In this document: one piece after another, positions 27,235-38,775 of the stretch
Position numbering within the stretch: position 1 is the stretch's first letter
How the letters are laid out: every line of letters starts with the position of its first letter
NCBI RefSeq assembly: GCF_018350175.1
Contig: NC_058368.1
Coordinates: forward strand, 130,574,001 to 130,638,000
Length of the DNA stretch: 64,000 nucleotides
Reading direction: 5' to 3'
Origin: Felis catus
Taxonomy: Eukaryota
Program-made: the position numbers and the translations under genes
Notes under the pieces: generated by a model
What the model saw: only the letters and a program-made list of their open reading frames with translations
The model's database searches: none
Told to the model about the DNA's origin: nothing

Positions 27235-28544
27235 ACATACATCAGAGAAATACAATGATGTAAGATACTACTATGAAAAATTGTATGCAAACAATTGGAC
27301 AAGTTAGAAGAAATGGATAAATTCCTAGAAACATACATTCTTCCAAAAGTGAGTCAGGAAGAAATAGAGAATCTGAACAGACTAATTACTAGTAATGAAA
27401 TTAAATCAGTAATCAAAAAACTCCCAACAAACAAAACTTCAGGACTAGATGGTTTTACCGGTGAATTCTACCAAATGTTTAAAAAAGTATGTTATCTAAC
27501 TGGAATTAAAATGAAAACATATGGACATGTGGTATATAGCCAATGGACTATTTCTCAGCCATAAAAAAATGAAAACTTGCCATTTGCAATGATATGGATA
27601 GAGCTAGAGAGTATTATGGTAAGCAAAGTCAGAGAAAGACAAACACTGTATGATTTCACCCATATGTGTAATTTAAGAAACAAAACAAGTTAGCTAAGAG
27701 AAAAAAAAAGAGAGGCCAACCAAGAAAGAGACTCTTAACTATAAAGAGGAACATAGTTCCTAGAGGTGGTGGCAAGTGGATGGGTTAAATAGGTGATGGG
27801 GATTAAGGAATACACTTGTGATGAGCATTGGGTGTTGTATGGAACTGTTGAATCACTATATTGTACACCTGAAACTAATATTACATGCCATGTTAACAGG
27901 AATTTAAATAAAATATTTAAAAATTAAAGAAAGGTTAATACATATTCTTCTCAAACCATTGCAAAAAAAAGAAGAATGAAAGCTTCCAAACTCATCCTAT
28001 GAGGCCTTTGTTACCCTGATAACAAAACCAAAAAAGATACTATAAAAAAAGGGAAACTACAGAGAAATACCCTGATGAAGACAGATGTAAAAGTCCCTAA
28101 AATAAGAGCAAACCAAATGCAATACAGTAAAAGAATCATTCACCAAAATCAAGTGGAATTAATTCCAGGAAAAAAGGATGGTTTAATAGAAATCTATCAA
28201 CATGATTATTCACATGTACAAAATGAAGGATAAAAACTATATGGTCATTTCAACAGATGCAGAGAAAGCATTTCACAAAATTCAACATCCGTCCATGGTA
28301 AAAACACTCAATAAAGTGGGTTTAGAAGGAAGATACCTCAACATAACAAAAGCTATATATGATAAGCCCACATTTAATATCATACTCAATGGTAAAAATT
28401 GAAAAGCTTTTCCTCTAAGATCTGGAATAAGACAAGAATGTCTACTCTTGCTAGTTTTATTGAGCCTGGTATTGGAAGTCACATCTCCAACAAACAGAAT
28501 AAAAAGAAAAAAAAGGCATCAAATCAGCAAGGAAGAAGTTATAT
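27235..28544 (+). mobile_element. Continuation of intermediate L1 ORF2, interrupted by an L1 3'-end insert at ~27487-27930
   Basis: DKLEEMDKFLETY..SGLDGFTGEFYQ and [16 protein letters not shown]1 3'UTR insert between ttaaaaaag and ttaaagaaag. Confidence 0.88.
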
Positions 28545-28954
28545 CTCCCTGAAAGGGGAGGAGCATGGTTCCTGCCCTACCTCTGACACAGCCTCCAAGC
28601 TGGGGTGGGGTTTAGCGTACCTGGGACAACTCAGGTTTGGCTAAATTTGGTGAGGGACCTTGCTATCCCCATCCCAGCCCAGGGTCTAACCTGACTCCAT
28701 GGTAATCCTTGGCCATTCTCTGTGTGATACACACACAAATACTCCTTCTCCCCCTCCCACAGCTTAGTGTGAATCTTCTTATTTTCTTGATTTTTCATGT
28801 TTGTTAATTTTATTTGGGGGCTGGATGAGCCAGAGGGTCAGAAATCTGCCTTTTGTCCCCACTACTTGCATTCTGGTTACGGTGTATGTGTGATTTTGGG
28901 TTTTTCAATGGTGGTTCTATTTATATTAAACCCCTGGCTGGTGTAAAAAAAAAA
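28545..28954 (+). pseudogene. Probable 5'-truncated processed-transcript (3'UTR) retrocopy, parent gene not recognised
   Basis: Non-L1 sequence ending ATTAAA (28925-28930), 14 nt, then A10 (28945-28954); flanked by L1 on both sides. Confidence 0.6.
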
Positions 28955-29681
28955 TCAGCCTTCTAGATGCCCCTGTTAGTAACAACTAATGGTAACAATA
29001 CACTTATCATAATGAACACATTTCACTATGTTGTATACCTGAAGCGAATATATCACTATACCTCACTTAATATACATACAAATACATACATATATGCACA
29101 GAAGAGATAACAAAGGCTGGAGAAGAGGTGGAGAAAATACATTCTTATACACTTCTGTTGGGATCATAAATTGGTACAGCCACCATGAAAAATAGTATGG
29201 AGGATCTTCAAAAATTAAAAAAAATGAATTCCTATATGATTCAAGAATTCTACTTCAAGTAATACATCCAAAGTAAATGAAAACACTAACTGAAAAAGGA
29301 TATCTACTTTCCCATGGTCATAGCATTATTTATAATACCAAGACATGGAAACAATTTAAATGTCCATAATAGATAAATGTATAAAGAAGTTGTGGTGTTT
29401 ATACAACATTACCCAACTATTAAAAACAAAACAAAAAACCACAAAAAACAAACAAAAAAACTAAGGAAATCCTGAAATTAGTGCTACTGTATATGGACCC
29501 TGGCAGCATTATGGTAAATGAAATGTCAGAGAAAGACAAATATTGTATGATCTCTCTTATATGTGGAATCAAAAAAACAAAAATTCATAGATTGTATTTG
29601 GGATTATCACAGGGGGTTAGGAAGAGCAATGAGAGAAAGGTGGTCAAAGTGTATAAACCTCCAGTTAAAATATAGATAAGT

Positions 29682-29870
29682 GGGGCGCCTGGGTGGTTCA
29701 GTCAGTTAAGCATCTGGCTCTTGATTTCAGCACAGGTCATGATATCATGGTTAGTGAGTTTGAGCCCTGAGTTGGGCTCTGTGCTGACAGTATGGATCCT
29801 GCTTGGGATTCTTTCTCTCTACTCTGCCATGCCCCCCCCCCCCCCCCCGCCCTCAATATAAGTAAACTTA
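29682..29870 (+). mobile_element. Can-SINE with poly(C) tract
   Basis: ggggcgcctgggtggttcagtc start. Confidence 0.9.
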
Positions 29871-29975
29871 AATGTTTTTTAATTAAAAAACTGTAAGTAA
29901 CAGGTATGTAATGTATAGCATGACAGCTGTACTTAACATGATCTATGTATGAAGGTTATTAAGATACTAAATCCT

Positions 29976-30183
29976 GGGGCGCCTGGGTGGCTCAGTCGGT
30001 TAAGCATCAGACTTCAGCTCAGGTCATGATCTCACGGTCCGTGGGTTCGAGCCCCGCGTCGGGCTCTGGGCTGACAGCTCAGAACCTGGAGCCTGTTTCA
30101 GATTCTGTGTCTCCTTCTTTCTCTGGCCCTCCCCTGTTCATGCTCTCTCTCTGCCTCAAAAATAAATAAATGAAAAAAAAAAA
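29976..30183 (+). mobile_element. Can-SINE (SINEC_Fc)
   Basis: TSD aagatactaaatcct. Confidence 0.95.
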
Positions 30184-30495
30184 AGATACTAAATCCTGGT
30201 AGTTTTCTTCAAAAGGAAATTTCCTTTCTTTTTTTTTTGCTTTCTTTTCTTCTATTTATAGGAGATGATGGAGGTCAGTAAGCTTATTGTGATAATCATT
30301 TCACAATCTATGTAAATCAAGTCATTATTGCTGTATACCTTATACAGTGATGTATCTTAACTGCATCTCAATAATACTGGGGGGAGGAGGGATAAAAGAG
30401 AAATGCCATGAGACCATGAAGGAGATTCACTCCTATGTGGGAGAGGAGGAAGAAGGAAGGTGGGGGAAGAGAGGCATTAAGACTAGAGCAGAGTT

Positions 30496-30702
30496 CTTTT
30501 TTTTTTTTTTTAGGTTAATTTATTTTGAAAGAGAGAGAGAGAGAGAGAGACAGAGAGAATGAGTGGGGGAGGGACCGAGAGAGAGGAAAAGAGAGAGAAT
30601 CCCAAGAAGGCTCCATGCTGTATGCTGAGACTAACCATGAGATCAAAAGCTGAGCCAAAGTCAAGAGTTGGATGCTTGACCAACAGAGCTACCCAGGCGA
30701 CG
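30496..30702 (-). mobile_element. Can-SINE
   Basis: TSD gactagagcagagttc. Confidence 0.93.
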
Positions 30703-33199
30703 TGACTAGAGCAGAGTTCAAAGATAATTTTGGCAAAGTTGATAAAGAGTCTTGAAGCCAATGTGCCCATTACCATAATCCTGTATCTCTCAGGAGTGTC
30801 TTTCTCAGTGTACCTGCCAAGCTCCATTATTAGTGGAAAGCAGCCTGTCAGAAGTATGGTGTTGACACTAACTCACTGGTGAATTTCAGAGAGAATCACT
30901 GGGGGCCAGTTAATTATATTTCCTGTGGTGGAAGATCTGAGAGGCACATTTTCATCTTCAGCACATTCATTTTTTTGGCAAACAAAGCAGCAATATTGTG
31001 AATCAAAATAAGGTATCAGCTCTATCTTTTTAATGTAGCTGGTGGAAGATGACACACTCTGGCAGTTCTAGAAGGCTCTACTCACATTTTACCTATGAGA
31101 AAAGGGAGTGTTGTACTCCTCCTATAGACAGCATAGGTTTCCCCACTGTGGAACCACAAACTGGCACAACTGACAAAATGCAACATCATCCCATTTCAGC
31201 CCTAAGAGTATCTAGAACACCCTGGATCCCAAAACAGCAGAACCTAGGAGAAGTAAGCTCTATCCAGGAGGTTATTTCTATACATAGAACATCTACCCAT
31301 TCACATGATCCATGTTTTGCTGGCACTTGCCCTACGGTTACCTTTTTTTGCCCCTCAAAAATGTCCTTTCTCTACATTGTTTGCTGGATTCTCCAGAGAC
31401 TATCCCTCAATTTTACACCCCAATCCTCTTAGCTACTACAAAACATCTGATATTTTAGCTTCTCCCATTCTATTCAGCTTCCACTAGCCACCACCAAGTA
31501 GTTACTTCTTGCAGTTTTGTTGTGGGGAGACTTTGAAGATGGCAAAACTGTGTGTGAATGCTTTAGTGAAAAACAACCTTATTGTATTTCTGCAAAAATT
31601 AAGAGAATGGCTTTGCCTGTTGCAAGTTGATTGCCTATTATTTTGAATATTTTAATTACTATTTAATTATTCTTATGATCCTAGGTGAGTATGTAAATAT
31701 ATAAAAGGAATATGTAAATATTCTTATGATATCTAGGTTTTATAGATCCTTTGGCAACAAAGCTTTCTGTCAGCACGTCAGTATTCTTCTTTTCCCTCTT
31801 TATTATATGGAGATAGGAGTTTATTTGGAATTAGGCCAAAAGGCACATCTTGGGAAAAATAACATACTGTAACTCATGATTTCCTTTCCCTTTGTTGACT
31901 AACTCTTTGTTGCTGGGCCAAGCTTATGTGTTGTATTACTTCTTTGCTGAGAATGACTTCTCCCCTAGGAAACTCCCCAATCCTTGCTGCAAATATATCC
32001 TTGCTAGCCCATCCTACCAGTTTGCTAGCCAACCCCTGACACGTTGTAATCCCAGTGGCAGATAGGCTCCAACAGCACTTTGCTGAATAAAAGCACCTCC
32101 TGTTACTGTTCTAGGCAACTAATATAATTTCTTATCTGGTGTAGCATTTCAGTTCTTCTCCTAAGAATCTCAGTTTTTTTTCAACTAGAGTTATCAAGGC
32201 ATTCACTAACTGATTATTTCTCTGAGCACAATGATAAAAATGTATTCTTAACTCAAAGGGAGATAACCCATGTCAAACTGATTCTACCTTAATATATTTG
32301 GTGTGCTCTTTTTGTCCATGCCCTCCTGGAGAAATCCAATTGAATTCTTAACATTCATCTTAAAAGCAGTAGAACACAAGGACAGCAAAGTAACAGTTGG
32401 CCATTCATCAAAGAAAATTGAGCAAAATGTATAGTGCATTTCGGGCTCAGATCATTGTATTTTGAAGAAATACATGCCAATTGTAATGATGACAAAAATA
32501 GCAGCTACCTTTTGCTGTTATCTCCTTTGTACTGGGCATTGATGTGTACTGTATGTGCACTATTCTAATCCTTACTGTTACCCTGCCAGTTTCAGGTAAG
32601 ATTATCATCCTATCACACCCGTGTGGAAATTGAGGGTTACTTCTCCCAACTTTGCAGTTGTGACTGTGCTGGTATTTGGGTTGTTCTCTAATACAGCCCT
32701 TCCTGTTAATTTATTTAATAAATCATAGGCACCTAAGATGTTAGAGGGACACTGAAGCAACAATGGTGGAATGGTCTTAAAGATCTTTCCCAAGTACTTG
32801 AGTCTATTTGCCAGAGAGTTTCAAATTGTGTTCTGGAGAATCCTAGGGTTCTTCTGAGGTTTGAAGCTGAAAGAGTCTAGGGGACAGATTTTGAGGTATT
32901 ATGCAACGTTCCGTGCTTACTACTCCAAGTAGAAAGCTCCAGTTTTTATTTTTGTTTATATGTATATTTTTTGTATATGCTTTATACAATGAGAATTCAC
33001 TTGGTTTGTTTAAAAAATCTGAAAGCCACTGATGATATGCAATGTGTTTTAATAATTTAGAGAAAAATCTCAAAATTACTTCAATGCTTCTCCTAAATCT
33101 GTATCTTATTTTGTTTGATGGCCCGATTATACCAAAAGGAATCTTCCACATTAAAATTCCCTCTCCCTTGCTACACAGTAACTTCCTGGGTTACAGAAT

Positions 33200-33420
33200 T
33201 AAGTAGTGGCTAAGAGCACAAGCAATGTATTATACTTTATTAGAAGCCTGGCTTTACTACTTACTACTCTCTCTGTGACTTTGGACAATTCACTCAGACT
33301 CTCTTTCTCATCTGTCAAATGAGATTAATAATAGCACCTTTGCCACAAGGTGATTGTAAGGATTAGGTGAATGTAAAACAAATATTCTCACATGGTAAAT
33401 CATCAGTAATTGTGAGGTAT
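33200..33420 (+). mobile_element. MIR relic
   Basis: tgtgactttggacaa...tttctcatctgtcaaatgagattaataatagcacct core. Confidence 0.7.
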
Positions 33421-33739
33421 ATTTATGAAATGTCTGCCTAACTCTAGTGATCACCTTGAATAGGACAGTAAGGTGTCATCCTTACTGTAAGTAAGCACTG
33501 GGACAGTAAGCCCATCTTCAATAAGCTTCTATAGATCTCAGTTTCAGTCATTGCATTTGATTACTTTCTATTCATAGGGTATATACTTTAATTTGTATCC
33601 TAAACTGATAAAATTTACTTTTCTACTGCTCCCACTGTGTACTATTTTACTATTGCCCTTGACAGCATCAGTTTTTAAAAAAAATTCCATGAATATTATT
33701 TTTATGTTAGTATGAAAATACAGGTTTCAATCTGTAAAC

Positions 33740-35375
33740 AAGTAAAAAAATGGCGAAAAGTACATACCTATCTTACTTTGAATGTGAGTGGACTATATCC
33801 TCCAATCAAAAGACACAAAGTGACTGAATGTATAAGAAAACAATACCCATGTATGTTGCCTACAAAAGTCTCACTTCAGATCTAAAGACACCTGCAGACT
33901 GAAAGTGAAGGGATGAAAAATCATTTATCATGCAGATGCAAGCAAAAAAAAAAAAGCTGGGGTAGCAATACTTCTTTTAGACAAAATAGACTTTAAACAA
34001 GGACTGTAAGAAGACACAAAGAAGGACACTACATAGTCATAAAGGGAGCACTCCAACAGGAAGATATAACAATTATAAGAATTTGCGCACCCAACACGGA
34101 AACACCCCAAAACATAAAGCTACTATTAATAGAATAAAAAGATTAAAAAATTGGCAGTGATATAATAATAGTAGGGGGTCTTAACACCCCAGTCTGGATT
34201 ATCTATCCATTGATGTAAAAATTAATAAGGAAACAGCGACTGTGAATGACACAGTGGACCAGATCTAATAGATAGGTTCAGAATATTCCATCCCAAAACA
34301 GGAGTAAACAGATTCTTTTCAAGTACATATAGAACATTCTCCACAATAGATCACATTAGGCCATAAAAACAAACAAAAAACCAAAACCAAATCTCAACAA
34401 TTAAAAAAGACTGAAATCATATCATGCATCTTTTCCAACCACAATGGTGTGAACCTAGAAACCAATCACAAGAAGAAGTCTGGACAGAACACAAACACAT
34501 GGAAGCTGAATGAAGTGCTCCTAAACAACTAGGGGGTCAACCAAATCACCAAAGAGGAAATTTAAAAATACAGGGTCCAAACACAATGGCCCAAGATCTT
34601 TGGCATGAAGCAAAAGCTTTTCTAAGAGGGAAGATGATAGCATTACAGATCTACCTAAAGAATCAAGAAAAATGTTAAACAACCTAACCTTATGCCTAAA
34701 GGGTCTAGAAAAATAAGAACAAAGCCCAAAACCAATAGAAGGAAGGAAATAATAAAGATTAGAACAGAAATAAATGAAATGGAGACCAAAATAAACTGAA
34801 TGGAATGGATCTATAAAACCAGGAAAAAGGTTCTTTGACAAGATCAACAACATCTATAAACCTTAAGACAAACTTGAAAGCAAGTAAGAAAGGGAGGGAG
34901 GGAAGGAGGAAGGGAGAGGGAGGGAGGGAGGGCAGGAAGGAAGGAAGGGAGGAAGGAAGGAAGGGAGGAAGGAAGGAATGGAGGAAGGAAGGAAATTCAA
35001 ATAAAATCTTAAATGAGGGAGATAAGTAACAACAGATACCACAGAAATACAAAAGATTCTGACAGAATATTATGAAAAATTATATGCCAACAAATTGGAC
35101 AACTTACAAGAAGTGGATATATTCCTAGAAACATATAAACTTCGAAAAGTGAATCAAGAAGAAATTTTCAGCAGACTGATTATTAGCAATGAAACTGAAT
35201 CAATAATATAAAAACTCCCAACAAAAAAAAGTAGAGGATCAGATGGCTTCATTAGTGAATTCTACCAAATATTTAAAGAAGATTTAATACCTATTCTTCT
35301 AAAATTATTCCAAAAAAATACAAGAGGAGGGAAAGTTTCCAAATTCATACTAGAAGACTGGCATTACCCTGATAC
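33740..35375 (+). mobile_element. L1 ORF2 5' fragment (EN domain to start of RT), truncated at both ends
   Basis: tgcctacaaaagtctcacttcaga, ttccaaccacaatgg, gaattctaccaaatatttaaagaag. Confidence 0.88.
34885..34993 (+). repeat. (GGAA/GGGA)n polypurine microsatellite
   Basis: Direct read. Confidence 0.9.
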
Positions 35376-36247
35376 TTTAACCCCAAGCTTAGAAATATGA
35401 ACAATGTTCCTTCAATTTACATTCAATCTCTAAACTGGTGGGCCTGTGTGACTTTATTTCATACTGCCATGGTCCTGATTTAAGTATAGATCTCTGTCTT
35501 ATTTTTTCAGGCTTCTAGAAGAAAGCCTTCTAGTTATTTTCTTTAGGTACCTTTTTTTCTTTTTTTTTTTTTTTTTTTGGCCTAAAATGTTATCCTTCAA
35601 AGAGAGATTTGTTGGAGATGGGTGGATTTGCTTCATACTTATTCACTGTTTAATACAAGGTCTCTGCCCAGGAGAAATGGCTGGTGATGGCTTAGCAGTA
35701 ATCCAGTATGTCTGCAACTAAGGCTTTCTTTCATTCAGTAAACAAAACAAAACAAAGGAAAGCAACCACAAGAACAACAACAAAAAAACCTTTTTTCTTA
35801 AAAAAAAAAACAAACTTGATTCTTAAAAATAAAAAATGTTTTAGTCTTTCACGTGAATGCTTGAAACTTCATTTTACTGGGCCCTCTGTATAATAATACT
35901 GCTGCGTAGGCTTCCTGAGTATTTTTGCATCGCACATCTGAATAAAACTGATGAGCTTCACAGAAATACTCCTGTTTATTTGGTGCTTTGGAATACTGCA
36001 TTAACACCATAAAACAAAAATTACCACACTACTTTTATTAGAAAATATTATCTCATATCCCAAATCATCCACTTTTCCATATGCAGTTAATGATTAGGAA
36101 AAAAAAAGATTTTCGTTAAGGTAAAAACTATATCCATTGAATATGAATTTTCAAATCATTGAAAAATATTATGAAAAGTGTTGGCAGTAATTAAAATGAG
36201 CTCTTTTACTTATTGTCTAATTACCTATCCTTTGTAAGTCCCTAGTT

Positions 36248-36386
36248 CTCTCTCTCTCTCTCTCTCTCTTTTTTTTAAGATTTATTTTTGAGAGAGAAAG
36301 CCCAAGTGGGGAAGGGGCAGAGAGAAAGGGGAACAGAGGATGTGAAGCTGGCTCTGTGCCGAGAGCACAAAGGTGAAGTCAGATGC
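36248..36386 (-). mobile_element. Can-SINE, internally deleted and lacking its 5' end at the composite-insertion breakpoint
   Basis: tttatttttgagagag..ggctctgtgc..tgaagtcagatgct, then an abrupt switch. Confidence 0.8.
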
Positions 36387-36700
36387 TCCCCATGCAAGAT
36401 ATTCTTTAATTTTAAAGAGATACTCTTTTATTATTGAAGAGATATTTTGTAAAAACTCTTTGCTATGGTTCATATGTCTGAAACCTTTGTTCTTTCTGCA
36501 AGCAAGCTAAATAAGAATCCTTGAATATAGCTGTTCTCTGATAGTAATGGTGAATGTGGTCTAATTTTAATATTTAAACAACCTAAGATGACTAAAAGTA
36601 CAATGTTAGTGATTGACCAGTTAAATTTTGAATCAAAAGACCTAAGGCATTTCTGCTTCTATCACAGTATTGTTGAATTTTTCAACAGTAACAGCAACAA
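36387..36700 (-). repeat. Inverted copy of 40845-41159
   Basis: Manual alignment: 314 vs 315 bp, 1 substitution and one 1-bp indel. Confidence 0.97.
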
Positions 36701-37028
36701 TGCCACCACCTCTAGTAACTATGTTCCTCTTTATAGTTAAGAGTCTCTTTCTTGGTTGGCCTCTCTTTTTTTTTCTCTTAGCTAACTTGTTTTGTTTCTT
36801 AAATTACACATATGAGTGAAATCATACAGTGTTTGGCTTTCTCTGACTTTGCTTACCATAATACTCTCTAGCTCTATCCATATCATTGCAAATGGCAAGT
36901 TTTCATTTTTTTATGGCTGAGAAATAGTCCATTGGCTATATACCACATGTCCATATGTTTTCATTTTAATTCCAGTTAGATAACATACTTTTTTAAACAT
37001 TTGGTAGAATTCACCAGTAAAACCATCT
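36701..37028 (-). repeat. Inverted copy of 27447-27774
   Basis: Manual alignment: 328 bp, 4 substitutions; includes the locus-specific L1/L1 junction at 27487. Confidence 0.97.
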
Positions 37029-38571
37029 GCTGCCTAAGACAGCTTCATGTAGCCACCTTTTTCATGATCCTGTTATACACATGAAGATTATTCTTGGTCT
37101 GGTGATCTGTCAAGCACAGGATAATTGACTTAAAACATTTTTTTGTCTAACATTTGCACAGTGGAACATTTTTTAAGCACTAATGGAAGCTTCAGGTAAA
37201 AAGACCACATTCTTAATCAGAGGTGTGTATATCAGGATACTGAGGCAAGAATGGACAAAGTAACATGTTTAAGATGAGTATAGAAGAAATCAGTGTCATA
37301 AAGCACATAGCTTCGGGTCTACCAGGGACATATATTAAGGAAATTGCAAAAGCTATAATCCAGGAAAGTAACTGGGATTAGAGAACAGAAAAAAGTCCGC
37401 TCTCAGGAACTGCTTGCATGGTTTGACTGCCGGGAATCTTGTTATACTAAGTTTAGTGATTTCCTTTTTGACTAGGAGCATTCTAATTTGGTCATTCCAG
37501 TTTTTAGTGGCATTTACATATCACTTCTTAAAAGTAACCCTTGGTTACGGAATCTGAATCGAAGTTATTTTTTCAGACTCACTTTAAAGGTGTTCTAGTT
37601 TAACTTTTATTTTTCCCTACCAGTACAGTAGTCTTTTAAGCCACTCATCTTCAGTAATGAGAGCAGACTTCTTAATTGGTGCTATTCTTCCATTTTGACA
37701 ATATCCTTGACAATGCAATAATGCCAACAACCATAGGGCTTCAATCCAACATTATATTCAGACTTCATGCTAAAATAATGGTGTCTAGAGATCTACGTGT
37801 TGATTACAACTAAAATAGATCTGAGACGTAGTGCCATAGGCTTTGAAAAACAGAAGCAGTTGGAGTTATTTTGTAAAGGACTGTGCCACAAGTCAAAATT
37901 CCCTTTAGTGGTCCAGAAGATTAATATAGATTCATGATCAGTGCTTCTTAATCACTTTCTCAAGAGCCCTAGGTGTAGATGTCCATGATAAAGTGGAGGG
38001 GCTTTGCATTGGCTATATTAATCATATACGGGACAGAATGAAGTGAATCAGCAAATTTATTTTAGAGCCTGTATTTATGTGAACAATTCCTAAATTTCCT
38101 TCATTCAGTGAAGAAGAAGGCAGTATTTGATGCTCATTTGAAATAACTGTATTTTCCTATGAAAAGAAAGTTTATGATCAGGAAACTCATACCAACATAA
38201 ATAACTACCATGAAATTCTCAATATGTATACTACCGCTGTATCAACATCCCATGATTTGGGTACAAAATTAATTGTATAATTTAGCAAACCTACCAAAAT
38301 TTTAGTGAAATAGATAAAATCGATACCTGGCAAGGTCGGTGCCATTGACATTTGAATCACATGCTGCTTTTTCCTGACATGAATATATACCGACAGTGTT
38401 TATATCCATAGACAGGAATCGTTGGCCGATTGGTTTAATGTCAGCGTTTTCTTTAGAAAAAGGTGTGATCAATACAAATTAAGAGACATTGTCCTAGCAT
38501 AGATATCTCAATTCTAAGAATAACAAAAAGGGATTTTTTGTTACTGCCTTTCTTTCAAACAAAAGTATTCT

Positions 38572-38775
38572 TAAAAAAAATTTTTTTTTTAAATTTTACA
38601 GAGATAGAGTACATGCACACGAGTTGGGAGAGGGGCAGAGAGAGAGACAAATCCCAAGCAGGCTCCATGCTCAGCACAGAGCCTTTTGTCGGGTTAGATC
38701 CCATGACCATGAGATCATGACCTGAGGTGAAATCAAGAGTCAGATGTTCAAGTGACCCAGTCACTCAGGTGCCTC
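38572..38775 (-). mobile_element. Can-SINE
   Basis: TSD tcaaacaaaagtattctta. Confidence 0.93.

Larger units (their letters stand above)
29100..30378 (+). mobile_element. Outer L1 3' end (right part), with two SINE inserts
   Basis: agataacaaaggctggag.. through ..aatcatttcacaat..tctcaataatactgg. Confidence 0.85.

Noticed and set aside
33462..33510. Small hairpin and direct repeat (acagtaagg/ccttactgt) as an ncRNA
   Set aside because: Too short and isolated; no miRNA-length stem or box motifs.
36701..37028. Independent antisense L1 insertion
   Set aside because: It is ~99% identical to 27447-27774, including a locus-specific junction, and lacks poly(A) and TSD, so it is a local DNA copy.
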